DNA of 64,000 bases from Camelus dromedarius (Eukaryota): assembly GCF_036321535.1 (NCBI RefSeq), contig NC_087436.1, forward strand, positions 25,298,001-25,362,000. The letters run 5' to 3'. Positions 13,530-25,678 of the stretch are shown here, in pieces; the stretch's first letter is position 1; each line of letters starts with the position of its first letter. The notes beneath the pieces are model-generated. The model was not told the DNA's origin. It searched no databases and saw only the letters and a program-made list of their open reading frames with translations. The translations under genes were made by a program, and so were the position numbers.

Positions 13530-14800
13530 CAATCATTTAAGTTTTCTGGAAATAGTCCTAAGGGCATACAGCAAAGCAGTGGAGGGAGAAACATTTATTC
13601 AATAAAATCTACTAAAACACAGTAAGATGAGTGAGACTCTGTGATATTTGAATCACAACCCACTTCATCTTGCTCCCTTTTTCTAGCTCAGACTGGCAGA
13701 AGCTTCACCCTCAGTGGGTGTGGCCAAGAAGATGGGGCTCCCTCTCCCCTCAGTTCCCAGTCAAAGCTTACCTTATCGCACTGAGGGGGAAAGTTATCAG
13801 AATTTCTCATCCCTTCCAACTCCATGTTGAAGAAGCTAAGTTTCTGGTGAGTGTGGCTGAGAGGTTGGGGGCTACTTTCTTCCACCCCGCTCCTATCCAC
13901 AGGTTGAAGACTCGACCCCACGCAGGGAAGGTTGAGAATACCTGGACCAAGACTGCCCTCCCTCCAGTTTACCTTAGGAAAGAGGTAGCGTCATGTGGAG
14001 AGGCAAGCTGAGAAGACCACATGCTGCCACCATGCCCGGTGCCCAGAGCAGTGGCTCAGCTCGTCCAGGGGAAGAGGCAGTCCATAGGAAAATAAAGTTC
14101 TGCAGCTCTTCCCAAAGGAACTGATCCACTTGAAGCAGAGTGTGGAGAAGTATAAGGCTGAGGGATCCCCTGCCAATGATAGTTCCTTTTTATTAAGAAC
14201 AACACTCAAAACCATAGGTGAGCTAGTTCAACAGACAACTAGGAAAAGAACCACCTATGAAAACCCCCCTAAGATCAGTATAAAGCTCAAAGATTGGCCT
14301 CAGAAAACGACCCTTACAAGGGAGCCCACATTAAATTGGATTAGACTGCCGAGCAACGTGTTCTCAGTCAACAAAAACAGTCAGCTGGTGATTAGAAAAG
14401 CCCAAGGGGTGGGGGCTAACACCAAGTGAAGCAGACAGCTTATCGGAGAAACCTAGGAAAGAGACAGCCCTGTTAAAACTGCTGTTATCTCAGGATGGTT
14501 CTGCCCCACCCTAAGCTGCACCCAGGGAAGGATGAAAAAGGTAGGAACAGATTTCACTGAAAGAGCCAAACCAAGTCACCAAAATATAAACAAACAAACA
14601 AAAAACAGACCTGGGGGGGGGGGGTGAGAATTAGTATCCAGAGTTGCTACAATAAAATGTCCTAAAACCTAAAAACCTAAAATGTCCAGTTTTCAGCAAA
14701 ATATTATAAGGCCAGCAATGAAACAGGAAAGTGTGATCCACATATATGAAAATAAGAAAAAAGCAGAAACAGAAACTGTGAGAGGAACTGGTATCAGATT
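13530..14800 (+). mobile_element. Ancient LINE-1 5' region (L1MC-like 5'UTR to ORF1 start)
   Basis: 'gtcctaagggcatacagcaaa...atttattcaataaaatctact' is paralogous to 53672-53770; 3' part 'aatgtccagttttcagcaaaatattataaggc...aaacaggaaagtgtgatcca' is typical of old L1 5' ends. Confidence 0.75.
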
Positions 14801-14889
14801 AAACAGGCAGAAGAGAAAGAACAGAAAACAATAGAAGGAATCTTTGGAGGCTACCGAAGACTGAAGTCAAGAAAACCATACAGCCACTT

Positions 14890-15629
14890 AGGAGGTGGGA
14901 CAGGGTTATCTGTACATTTGCTCTCAGCTCCACTTCTGATCCTCTGTGCACTGCTCTGAATCAAGGCTGGATGCCTGAAAACTGTCTTCCGAGATTCTTT
15001 GCCAGCTGGCTCTGTTAGGCTCTGACAGTGTGGCAGAGGCACTGGCAGGTGATTAGAGGTTGCAGGAAGGAAAAAAGCCAAAATCCTGTACCTTTTTTGA
15101 TGGGGAGGGTAGGGCTTTTAGCACAGCCTTCAGCAGCATTTGCAGATGGTGGTGGTGAGCACTTGGGCCCCTCCTCAGGCAGCATGCTTCCAGCGGCAGC
15201 AGCAGCCCAGGCTTTGTGGGGCGCAGCAAGGCAGGGGCAGCAGCAGGTACTTCAGCGGCTGTGGCTCGTGTGCCCGGACTCCGTTGATTCCCGTGCCAGC
15301 TGCAAGGAACCTTGGGCCCCGGGATTCCTGCACTAGCAGCAGGAGAATGGCCCATGGATTTCTGTAAGACGGCTTCAGCAGTGCTCAACAGTAGAGGCTG
15401 CAGTAGGGCTCCAGCCGGGCAGCGAGCACGTGCTGTGGGTGACAGCCTTTCCCCTCTGCTCCGAGAGGGGGCGTCGGAGGGCAGCGGCTTACTGCAGATA
15501 CTAATCGTTGGGGAACGTTTCCTTTTCCCTTCCAGATGTTTTGTAACTTATTCCCTGTATTAAATTTCCTTCAATTGAAAAGCCAATCAAAGTTTCTGTG
15601 GTCCTGACTCGACGATGATACCAGATACA
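14890..15629 (+). mobile_element. ERVL-class solo LTR (LTR33/LTR16-like)
   Basis: GC-rich block; 'ttgccagctggctctgttaggctctg...ggcactggcaggtgattagagg'; ends 'attaaatttcct...gtttctgtggtcctgact...gataca'. Confidence 0.65.
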
Positions 15630-16719
15630 TGATGAAAGCACAATACTGCAGAAACCAAACCGGTTTTTCCTTTGTCTTTTCTTCCACAATTACTCACAAT
15701 TTAATTTAGTATTAGGTATTTTAAAATTTGCATATATGGAATAAATCATCTCATTGATTTAATACATAGTGTGTAAATAAATGAACAAAAAATGCATAGT
15801 AAAATATATACCAAATAGAAATAAGACTATTAAGTCAAAAATCTTTTATTTTTTGTATTTTAATAAAGATGTACTAAGTATACTTAATAGTATATTGAAA
15901 ATATCCTTACTATAGTTAAATACTAAAATATACTAAGTCTTCCTGGAATTTAATACATGGAATATAAATAGTAATGACTTAAATCAAGATAGGAATCACG
16001 TAAGTAAATACATCTTCCTTTCTCCTAGTTCTTTATTTGGCACATATAGAGAAGAAACTATAATTATGCTGTTAGACTAGAAATCTATTCTAATATTGTA
16101 CACTTGAATCCAAATTCCAAATTTTGATTTTTTGTGACTTGTCACGATGAACCGATTAACAAGTATTGTACTTCCTGATTGTGTTTGAATTATGATAGTA
16201 GCCTATTTCTCCATTGAGTTTCAAGGATCATGATGTGATTCATTATGTATACTCTGAGTTGCAAATACAATTACAGAGAGAAACAATACATATAAAATGA
16301 AAACGTAACTTAGGCATAGGAGAAAAGCTTAACTTTTATGAACATTACCAGTGAAACATGTGACACAACAAGAGAGAAACACACCATGACATAAGAGAAT
16401 GTGCTAGCCTAGTTTTGTGCATTCTCGTGCATTCCTATATCTGGAAAAGTTCTCAACATCCAGGAATAATAGATAATTGTATAGGAAAGTTCTTTGATCC
16501 AGGATTTTCAGAGGATGACTAAAAGATTTGTTGAAAATGATTGAAACTTCAATCAGAATTAGAACTATAAATTTCACTACACTGAATTAAGCACTAGTCA
16601 ATATATTTGTACATTTACAGGTGATATTTTGATATGAGATTTCTACTTTTTTCTTTCAGTTCTTTGTATGCAGCTGATCCCCCTATGGATCAGTACAGAT
16701 TGTTTTTAGGTGCTGTAAC

Positions 16720-16910
16720 AGAGAGGGCAAAGAGTGTGGGCTCTGGATGCAATCTGTCTGGCTTTGATTCCTGGTTTCATCACCAACTGTCCAGTCTTGA
16801 GTGAATTTCTTAATCTTCCTTCAGTAACATCATTTGTTAAATGTTATGAGTGTAAAATGGATCACACACGCCAAGTACTTTGCAAGATGTCTGCTCTAGT
16901 CTCAGTATGT
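16720..16910. mobile_element. MIR SINE
   Basis: 'agagtgtgggctctggatgc...ctggctttgattcctgg...cttgagtgaatttcttaatct' is the MIR core. Confidence 0.6.
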
Positions 16911-17809
16911 TACTGCATTAAGATGGTTATAGCTGGAATTCCGAGGACAAAGTAATCAAGGTCAACTCTTTCCACTATAAAACAGGCTCTTGAAGTCCAT
17001 TTCATACATTAAGTGACTAAAACTAGGCTTTCAGTTGTAAAGGACACTTGAGAACAGTTTTCTAAATTATCGAATCTTCTCTTTAAACATCACATCAGGA
17101 ACAAAAGCTTGGAAGATTGAACATGAAGTTTTTACTACAAACTATGGAACAGGAGGAATGATTTGGGGCAATTTCCTGCTGAACAGTGATTAGATAAAAG
17201 TCCTTGGCTAGGAGAAATCATTGAAGCAAGAGAGAGAAGAGCACACTGAGGCTTCAAAGGGAAGCCTGCTCCCATATCTTAGGTAAATTTCAGGGAGAGG
17301 GAGTGTGTTCTCTGTTTCCATCTGGGAGGCAAGGCTTTACAATGCTCCCCAAATGGGATGACCATAGGATTTTTCTGTGGCAGTTTTGCACATTCATGCA
17401 GAAACAGGGCTTGGATTACATCCTTGCTGCATTGCAGATTTCTGAAAGGCCTGGTATGGAGAAAATCACAAAATTGCTTCATGCCCAAAGAGAGAACGTC
17501 CGATTGTAAGAAGGTTAGTAGATCTTTGGAGGCCTGGGGTTGACATAAGGAGCAAAATAAGAGCATAGACATCAAGGCCATGCTAGGGGCTCTGATCACC
17601 ACTCCCTCTGTTGTGATGACCTGTCAGTGACTTCTTGCTTTTCAAAGCTTTCCTCCAGAGGAGCAGGTTAAGAGGCAAGTACACAAGAGGAGAGCACATC
17701 ATTAACATTGCTATCAAGTACATACTGAAGAGAACCAAAGGGAACGTTGTTTCAACCAGATGTGACTAAATTACTTGCAGAAGACTGAATTACCTGGATT
17801 ATATTTACT

Positions 17810-20255
17810 AGAAAAAGAGACTTTAGTTTATAGAGCAGTTTTAGGTTCACAGCAAAATTGAATGGAAGGTACAAATATTTTCCATACAGCTCTTGCCCTA
17901 CACATGCATAGCTACCACCAGTGTCCACAACCTCCATCACACTGGAACATTTGTTAAAATTGATAAACTCACAATAATACACCAGTCTCAGTGAGAGTCC
18001 AAAAACCTGAGGGTTTTTCTAAGAGTCTTTATTTGTCCCTTACTTTGGAAGGATGATTTTGCAGGATACAGGTCACTGGGTTGGTGGTTTTTTTCTCTCA
18101 GCACTTTAAATATTGCTTTCCTCTCTCTTCTTGCTTGCTGGTTTCTGAGAAGTCAGATGGAATTCTTATCTTTGTTCCTCTGTCAGTAAGGTGTTTGTTC
18201 TCATGGTGTATTTTAGAATTTTTCTTTGTCTTTGATTTTATGTAGTTTGAAAATTATATCCTTAGCTGTACATTTTAGGGGCATTTATCCTGCTTAGCAT
18301 TCTCTGAGCTTTGTGGATCTGTACTTTGGTGTCTAATATTAATTTGGGGGAAATTATCAATCATTAATTTTCCAGTATTTTTTCTGTTAATTTCTCTTTT
18401 CTTCTTCCTGTTTCCACTACATGTTTGTTACACCTTTGGGAGTTGTCCTGTAGTTTGTGTATGTTCCTTTCTGTTTGTCTTTATTTCAGTCTTTTTCTAT
18501 TTGCTTTTCAGTTTTGGAAGTTTCTAGTAAGATATGCTCAATTGCAGGCATTCTTTCCTCACCTGTGTCCAATCTGCTAATAAACCCATTAAGGCAGTCT
18601 TCATTTCTGTTACAGTGTTTTTATTCTCTAGCATTTCTTTTTGGGTCTTAGGATTTCCATCTCTGCTTATATTGCCCATCTATCTTACATGCTGTCTACT
18701 TTATCCTTTCAAATGCTTAAAATCTTAATAATAATTATTTTAAGTTCCTGGTCTGATAATTTCAATATCCCTGCCATATCTGTTTCTAATGCTTGCTGTG
18801 TCTCTTCAAAGTGTGATTTCACCTTGTAGTATGTTTTGTTTTGTTTTGTTTTTGTAACCAGATGTAGTATGCTGAGCAAAAGGAACTATATTGTCAATAG
18901 GCCATTAGTAATGTGGGGGGAGTTCTGGGGGAAGGGAGGCATGCTATAGCCCTTGATTAGGTCTTGTCCTTTCAGTGAGCCTCTGTTTCTTGATTGTGAG
19001 TTTCACGTGTGCTTTTCAATTACACACCCTGTTACTGGGAGGAGGGGAATAAGAGTTACCTCAGTTCTTAGTCACCCGAAAAAAATGAATTTTTAATAAG
19101 AGACAGAAAGCATGATATAACAAGATTTTATTAGTAAAGTAAAAAAAATAATAAAATATAGTACACTCCCAAAAATTGGAAGCAGGCCAATCCAAGAGAG
19201 GACAAATGGCGCCACTCCTTTGTTTTTCCTGTTTTTATATCCTGGCTTAGGGGGCGGGCCTTTTCGTGATTGATTGGTTGATTTCCATCTAGGCTCAGGT
19301 TTTTTGCGTGCTCAGCCTAATTGACAGCTCAGGTTGCTTGTGCTCAGGCACGCCCATCTCTTTTGCGCATGTTCTTACCCATGATGCACATGGAAAAACC
19401 GACGGGAGGGGCTCAAACTGCAATGTTAATTATTGAGCACTGGGTCGGGTTAAGCCGGGTCCGTCTCTCTTGCGCAGCCGCAGTGTTCCATCCCAGTCGG
19501 CTTCTTTGTTGGCCCTCATTTAGAGAAAGTAAGTTTTTGGAGCCCCTTGTCCTAAGCACGTGTGTACTTTTATTTTCTGGGTTGCTCCCTCCCCCTTCCT
19601 CTCCCCTGTCCAGGTGCTCCTTTCTATGTAACAGCCTAACACCCCCATCTCCCTATCTTCAACCCCTCAGGCGGGACAGGGAGGCAAGAGTGGGCTGGAA
19701 CTGGGAACTGCCCTTCCCCCAGGTCAGTTAGACACTGATGAAGCCCAGCAGGTGAGGCTCAGGTTAAATAGCTTCTCCTTGTTAAGAAAATCAGAACGCT
19801 CTGGTGTACTTCAAAATGGCCTCCTCTTCGTCCGCTGCTAAAGGCAGGCGAGGATTTCCCCCTGCTGTCAGACCCTGGTAGACCTCCAGAAGGTCAAACT
19901 TACAAAAGTGTGGGGTCCTCGCATTGGCTGGGTCCTCCTGGAGTTTTCATCGCTCAGACTTGTCCACACGGACGAGCAATTCGTCAGTTACAGTTCAGGT
20001 TTTCATACCCCGGCACTGGTTCCCACAGAGGTTTCTGCTCCTGGGCTTCTGCGCCGGTAAGTTGTGATTCTTTGTATTCGCCTGTCAGTGAATTTGTTAG
20101 CAGCAGTTTGTCCTGTGACCTCACTTCACTTAGGGGTCTAAGAAGAGTTGTTGGTTTTTCACTTGGTTCAGCTTTTCACTTCTTGTTAGGACAGAATGGC
20201 AACTTGCAAACTTCTCTTGCATGGAACAGGGAACTGGAAGTCTGTATTACATTTT
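17810..20255 (-). mobile_element. Ancient LINE-1 (L1MC/MD-like): 3' end (17810-18000) joined to a 5'UTR/ORF1 segment, interrupted by an LTR
   Basis: 'tagagcagttttaggttcacagcaaaattga' (antisense L1MC/MD 3' end); T-rich ORF1 antisense at 18020-18840; 5'UTR-like sequence at 18880-19029 and 19634-20255. Confidence 0.75.
19030..19633 (-). mobile_element. ERV solo LTR nested in L1
   Basis: tgtta...taaca termini; minus-strand polyA signal (ttttatt ~19126), TATA (tttttatat ~19232), GC-box ggggcggg and repeated CCAAT-like 'gattggttgatt'; CpGs retained. Confidence 0.85.
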
Positions 20256-20941
20256 AAAAAGGAAGCTCAGAGAGCAGGTTGAACGCAGCAGGGAGAAATA
20301 AGTAAAGTTATGTTTCTGCCCATCTGAATCAGAATGCATAAGTATCAAACTTGCTATAAGTAAAAATAGACACCATACAGCACACTAAAACAGGAACACG
20401 TGCGGGAAAGGAAAGGGCTCCTCTTCCAGGTGCTTCTCTTTCTGTCTGCATTGTCCTCCTGCACAGCTCTCCTCCCTCCCTTGCCCCAGGCTGTGTAGGG
20501 CTGAGATACTACTTCATTTTAAAGTCTTGCTTCCTGACTTCTTAGTCATTGAATTTGAAAACACTTGATATTCCCTGCCTGCATGGGGTTTATATTTGCA
20601 TTGTTTTTCTCGGTTATGTTATTCTTTAGCCTTGGTGACGATTTCTACGTGTTTCTAGGTTCTGCAGCTCTGTCTAAAGCAAACACCCTTAATCCCACAT
20701 CTCCCTCCTCTGTTTCTGCCTTGTCCTGCTATACAATCACGTTCTGGGTGATGCATCAGCGAGAGGGTCATAGTAAATCACCTTTGTCAGGATGACTTGG
20801 TTTGTGCTTAGAGTTGAGCTGAAAGGTGATTCCTCATTGCAGAGCGAGATAGCGATTCCTATTTAAACATTTAATGTTCCCATGCCAGCAGCAGCTAGCA
20901 GATGTTACCCCTCCAGCATTTTCCATCTGATAGTGTTTAAA

Positions 20942-21577
20942 TGATACAGGAAAAACAGATGTGGGGTGTGAGGAGGGCCCTGTCTGGGTCTCATTTGAAC
21001 CCCTGGGACATACCCCCCAAGTGTGGGTCCTTGGCTTTGTGCAGGAAAGAATTCAAGAGCGAGCCACAGTTGAGTAAAGATAGAATAATTTAGAGAAATA
21101 CATACTGCATAGAGTGTGGGCTGTTTCAGAAAGCCAGAGAAGGGCCACGAGGTGTGGGGGTTGGGTGCTCAGGTTAAAGTAAAGTAGACAGAGTGCAGGC
21201 CATCTCTGAAGATGGAGCGAGAGAGGTGGCTGCCAGGCGCAGTGTTGCCAGTTTTTATGGGCTTGGTAGCTTCATATGCTAACAAGTGGGAGGACCATTT
21301 CAACCACCCTGGTAAAGGGGCTGGGATTCCCAGGAATTGTGCCACTGCCCACTCTCACCTTTTGTGGCTAGCCTTGAAACTGTCATGGCACCTGTGGGCA
21401 TGTTATTTATCATGCTAATATGTTACAGTGAGTTTATAATGAGGTCTACTAGAAGTTGAATCTCCCACCATTTTGAGCCTCAAGGCTCACTGGGGGTTGA
21501 ATCTTCCGCCTTTTTGGTGTTAACTGCTGTGTCCTTTCCTTGAATGGCTGTGCCCTGCCCCCTTCCCTCTTGTCTCA
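20942..21577 (-). mobile_element. ERV1-type solo LTR, copy A
   Basis: tg...ca termini; reverse-complement homologous to 22644-23296 along its length (e.g. gccagtttttatgg vs ccataaaaactggc). Confidence 0.9.
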
Positions 21578-22643
21578 TAGGCTACTAAAGATCTAATGTA
21601 GAAATGATAATACTTTTCATTGTGAAGATTAAGAATGCTGTTTTGTGGTATTCGTTTTATAAGACAAATTGAAAAACAATTTATGGCTTGCTACTGTTTT
21701 TAATTTTCAGTAGTTTTGAGTGGATTTGAAAGGTATGGACTGTAAGTCACTGAAGAAATTAATCTTCCTTGTTGAGGAAAGATAATCACAAAGGAGCCAA
21801 AGTTAAGTTTCACACACCAATTTTGATTACCTTTCTACAAGCAGTTAGAATGTTATTTTCTAAGCTGCAGAGCAATTAATGGCTAGAACTGCAGGAAGTA
21901 TTTAATTGAGTATTGATTTAAGTCCAAACTGTTGTTTGGCTGAGGTATTGCATTATAATTAATAGACCTTAACCAGAGTTTAATTTTTCTACACTATACC
22001 TGAATTTTCAAGGATTGTAATAACAACCCTCAAACAATCTATAGAGGGAGCCTTGAAGTTTTCCTAGGCTTTAACTTTTTAAAGTTTTAACTGAATTTTT
22101 AACATACCCAGAAGACTTTTAGCTTTTGATAGTAACTTCAAAGTCTGCTGCCTTTTGCATACATTGAAGATTAAATTCTCCCATTGACATATTGCAAATT
22201 ATTCAATAAATTCATTCATACAAATTTAGTACAGGGTAATATTATTAACAGCATGATTTATTGAAGAGGACTGTGCCTGATCCTCCCCTGGAGTTCTGTA
22301 AAGGAAGGACAAATTCATTTTTGTTTGAAATAGTCCTAAATGCTGAAGTAATGCTGAATGCTTACCTGAAGGGCCAAGGATGGGCAAAAATTCCTTTCAA
22401 GGGCTCATCAATAATAACATCCAATGATTAGTCCCCAGAGAAAGACAGAACTATATGAGTTTGTAATTTTAAGAATAACCATCTGGCCACTTTCTGATTT
22501 AGCACATCACTTAAACTCTAGCCTTGCTGTGTTCAAGATGATGTCTTAAATTTTTATCAACTTAAGTATCAAATGCATAGCCTCCTTGGGATCTACAAGC
22601 ACACAAAAATGAACAAACAGATGGGAGTGACCACCGCTATGGA

Positions 22644-23296
22644 TGGCCAGGATGGAAGAGGGCAGGGCACAGCCACTCAAGGAATGACAGCAGTTTAACA
22701 CCACAGTGGTGAAAGATTCACCAGAATGGTGGAAGATTCATTTCCTAGTTGATCTTGAGGATTGAGAGGTTTGGCTTCTAGTAGATCTTGAACTTCATTA
22801 TATGCTCATTGTAACAGCGTGATAAATAACATACCTGCAGGCGCCGTGACAGTTCCAAGGCTAACTGCAAAAGGCCAAAGAATGGGCGGTGGCCCAATTC
22901 CTGGTAACCTCAGCCCCTTCCCCTGGGCAGTTGGAATGGTGCCACTTGGAGGCGTGTGAAGCTACTGAGACCATAAAAACTGGCAACACCACGCCTAGTG
23001 GCCTCTTTTTCACTCCCTCCCCTTGGGAGATGGCCCGCACTCTGTCTATAGAGTGTGTACCTTCTTTTACTTTAACCTGAGCACCTGATTCCCACACTTC
23101 TTTCCTTGCCTTTCTCTTGCCTTACACTCAATGCAGCATCCCTCTAAATAAATCTGCCTTTACTCAACAGTGGCTCGCACTTGAATTCTTTCCTGTGCGA
23201 AGCCAAGGACCCACATTTGGCGGGGCACGTCCCAGGGGCTCAACCGAGACCTGGGACACAGCCCTCCTCATGCCCCACATCCGTTTTCCTGCATCA
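22644..23296 (+). mobile_element. ERV1-type solo LTR, copy B
   Basis: TATA-like ccataaaaactgg (~22971), polyA signal aataaa (~23147), U5 'gaattctttcctgtgcgaagccaaggaccc', ends catca. Confidence 0.9.
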
Positions 23297-25029
23297 TCTC
23301 TCCTGCCCCCTTCCATCCGGTCTCATATGCATGTTAGAGTCTATTTTGAATATAAACATTGCAAAAATAACTAAACCATATAGCAATATGTGATACATGT
23401 TATAATAAAGAATGCCTTATTAAATTTGTTAACAAAATCTTCTAAAATGATCAGCCATCTCATTTTCTTGGTCCTGTTTGCAAGTCCTTACCTTTCTCTC
23501 CAGTCACTCTTAGAGATAAATCCCCTTAATTTCAGGTCTTATCCATGTTACCCGACAGTTGCCTCAAAGGATTCTGCGAAGTAAAGGTTTCAGTCTCTTC
23601 AATCTCATCTTGCTATTTTAACATATGAGCCTAGCTAGCTGTTTGTTTCTGCTGCAGGGTGTTTTGGGAATTGGTTGTAATCCCAGCAGCAATTTCAAGT
23701 CTGGCAGCTGGTACTCCCTTTGTGAAGTGTGGAACAGCTACTTGGTGTCAGCTCCCCGGAGAGCTTAACTTTGGGGAAAAAGCAGTGAAACACTTGCAGG
23801 AAGGGTTATACTCGCTGCATTTTAAAACACTTAAACGGATTCAAGTACATTTTAACGATAATGGAGCCCAGAGCATGACTGGTTGAATCTATCAGATAGT
23901 AGGTGTTCAGGATTAACCTTGAGGATTTTAGCTATGAGTCACTGAGTGACCTTTAATTTATTCTGCATCTTCAAAATTAGGTGGTGTGAAGAAAAATGAG
24001 GAGGTAAATTGTAGGTTTATTTCCATTGCAGATCAACTAAGTTACCTGCTGGTAAAACAGCATAAAAATTAGCATGTTTATAACTATACTCATTTCGGTT
24101 TCCAATCAGTACATTTTAGGGGGTGGAACTGTGTTGGAAAACGTAGGTACTGATGAAAAGGGTAATTCTTATCTTTTTGTGAATGTGTTTTATGTATAAA
24201 CAAGTCTGAATGTCACTTAACACTTGTAGAATTGTCAGTTCACTTAGGGAATTGCACTTTTTCCTCTTTAAACCCTGGTATTTATTCATATAGCATTTGA
24301 AATATATGATGAAAAATCTAAACCTTTTTGAGTTTGTGTTTCTATGACTTGGTTGTCGAGCAATGTTATAGAAGAAAACACTTTCTTAAATACTGATTAT
24401 CAACATACTAGTTCCAATAGTATTGTGCCTTTTATTTTTATATTGAAGTATTTTCACTAGGAGCACAGAGAATTATAGCAGTATTGTAGAAGCAGAGGAA
24501 TTCTGGACTCTGAGCTTTTCCTAACTGACTGAGTTAGCAATTGAGAAGCATGTATCAAAAGCAGGTGCTCTTACAAGCCGATGAGAACATGGCTTCTCCT
24601 GGGGAAGGAGTGGGCATTTGGGCCTCCAAGTGCTTGTGGGTTACATGGTTACCATTTGGGGCACAACTAGGGTGAATTGGGTAGAGAGTGGGTACCTTGT
24701 TCAATGAATGAGTGAATGAATGATAAAATGAGAGAACAGGCAGGACTTTTGTTGACCCCCATGATTAAGTTATACTTTCTGTCACCCACCTGTGTTTCCT
24801 CAGGGCGCATAGAAGACCGGGGAAATACTTCTTGAGGTGATCTATCTAAGTAACAGTAACAATGATATCAAAAAGACTGGATACTGACAGGGGAGGCCCT
24901 AGGAGTAGTAACCCAAGCCTCCCCTTTCCCTGCCAGGGATTCTGTAGAGGTGGAAGCACAGACTGCAGCTAGAACAGGCTGTTTTTTCAAAGCTCGGTGT
25001 ACTGTTTTTGTTTTTGTTTTTGTTTTTTG

Positions 25030-25205
25030 CTATGTAAACCACAGGTAAATAACTTAGCCCCTGCCTCTCAATTTCTTCATCTTAAAAAGAGGATACTAAT
25101 TGTTCCTACCTCAAAGAGGTGGTTTGAGTATCAAATGAGATAATTTATATAAACTATTGAGAGTACCTCTTGACAAACTGGAAAAATTTTCTAAGTATCA
25201 TCAAT
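25030..25205. mobile_element. MIR SINE
   Basis: 'aacttagcccctgcctctcaatttcttcatcttaaaaagaggatactaat...cctacctca' is the MIR core. Confidence 0.7.
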
Positions 25206-25570
25206 GATTATTTTCACCACCGCCAACTACATCATTGCTTCATCGGTGGAATCCTGAAGGTTTTATTGATTCCCTTTTGTAGCCTTTAAAATAATCTTTC
25301 TGAAAATGGTGTTGGGCATTTGTGTTCCTGTCCTTACCTACTGTCCATGTGACTCTGACGGGGACACTGATCTGAACCACACTGCTGTTCTCGGGGTGTC
25401 CCAGCTCTGATGTCACTCTCCCTTTCCTTGTGTGGTTCCTAATGTTTGTCCTCTCTGAAGTTTTTAGCTGAGGGAAAGGATGTCCTATTAATGTAGGGCT
25501 GGCATTCTCAGTTTCTCATAATACCTTGATATTAACACAGTACTTACTAGCCTTTCCCTTTCTCTTGTAG

Positions 25571-25678
25571 GTATCTGTGCAAGATTCTCTAGGAATCCGT
25601 TGGAAAACAGTAAAAGGTGATGCTCACTCCACTAGCCAGCAGCCCAGGCTGGACCTCAGCCACTGGCCTCCCCTGCAG
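25571..25678 (+). other. Candidate internal exon (108 nt, phase 0/0), host gene unknown
   Basis: Branch-like tacttac, pyrimidine tract and tag acceptor (cctttccctttctcttgtag); cag|gtatgt donor; only frame 0 is open (VSVQDSLGIRWKTVKGDAHSTSQQPRLDLSHWPPLQ). Confidence 0.4.

Noticed and set aside
14851..15563. Cluster of Ala/Gln-rich ORFs in GC-rich DNA
   Set aside because: They lie within an ERVL-type LTR, have no recognisable homology and are open on both strands.
17303..17520. Possible coding exon (68-aa ORF)
   Set aside because: No strong splice acceptor and no recognisable homology.
19321..19731. Longest ORF in the track (136 aa)
   Set aside because: It runs antisense through an LTR into L1 sequence, has a non-ATG start and shows no homology.
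21212..23097. Two similar peptides (VLPVFM..VAS.A.KW) suggesting paralogous genes
   Set aside because: Both are antisense translations of the two homologous LTRs.
20942..23296. Provirus between two LTRs
   Set aside because: The LTRs are inverted and no PBS, gag, pol or env remnants are seen in the spacer.
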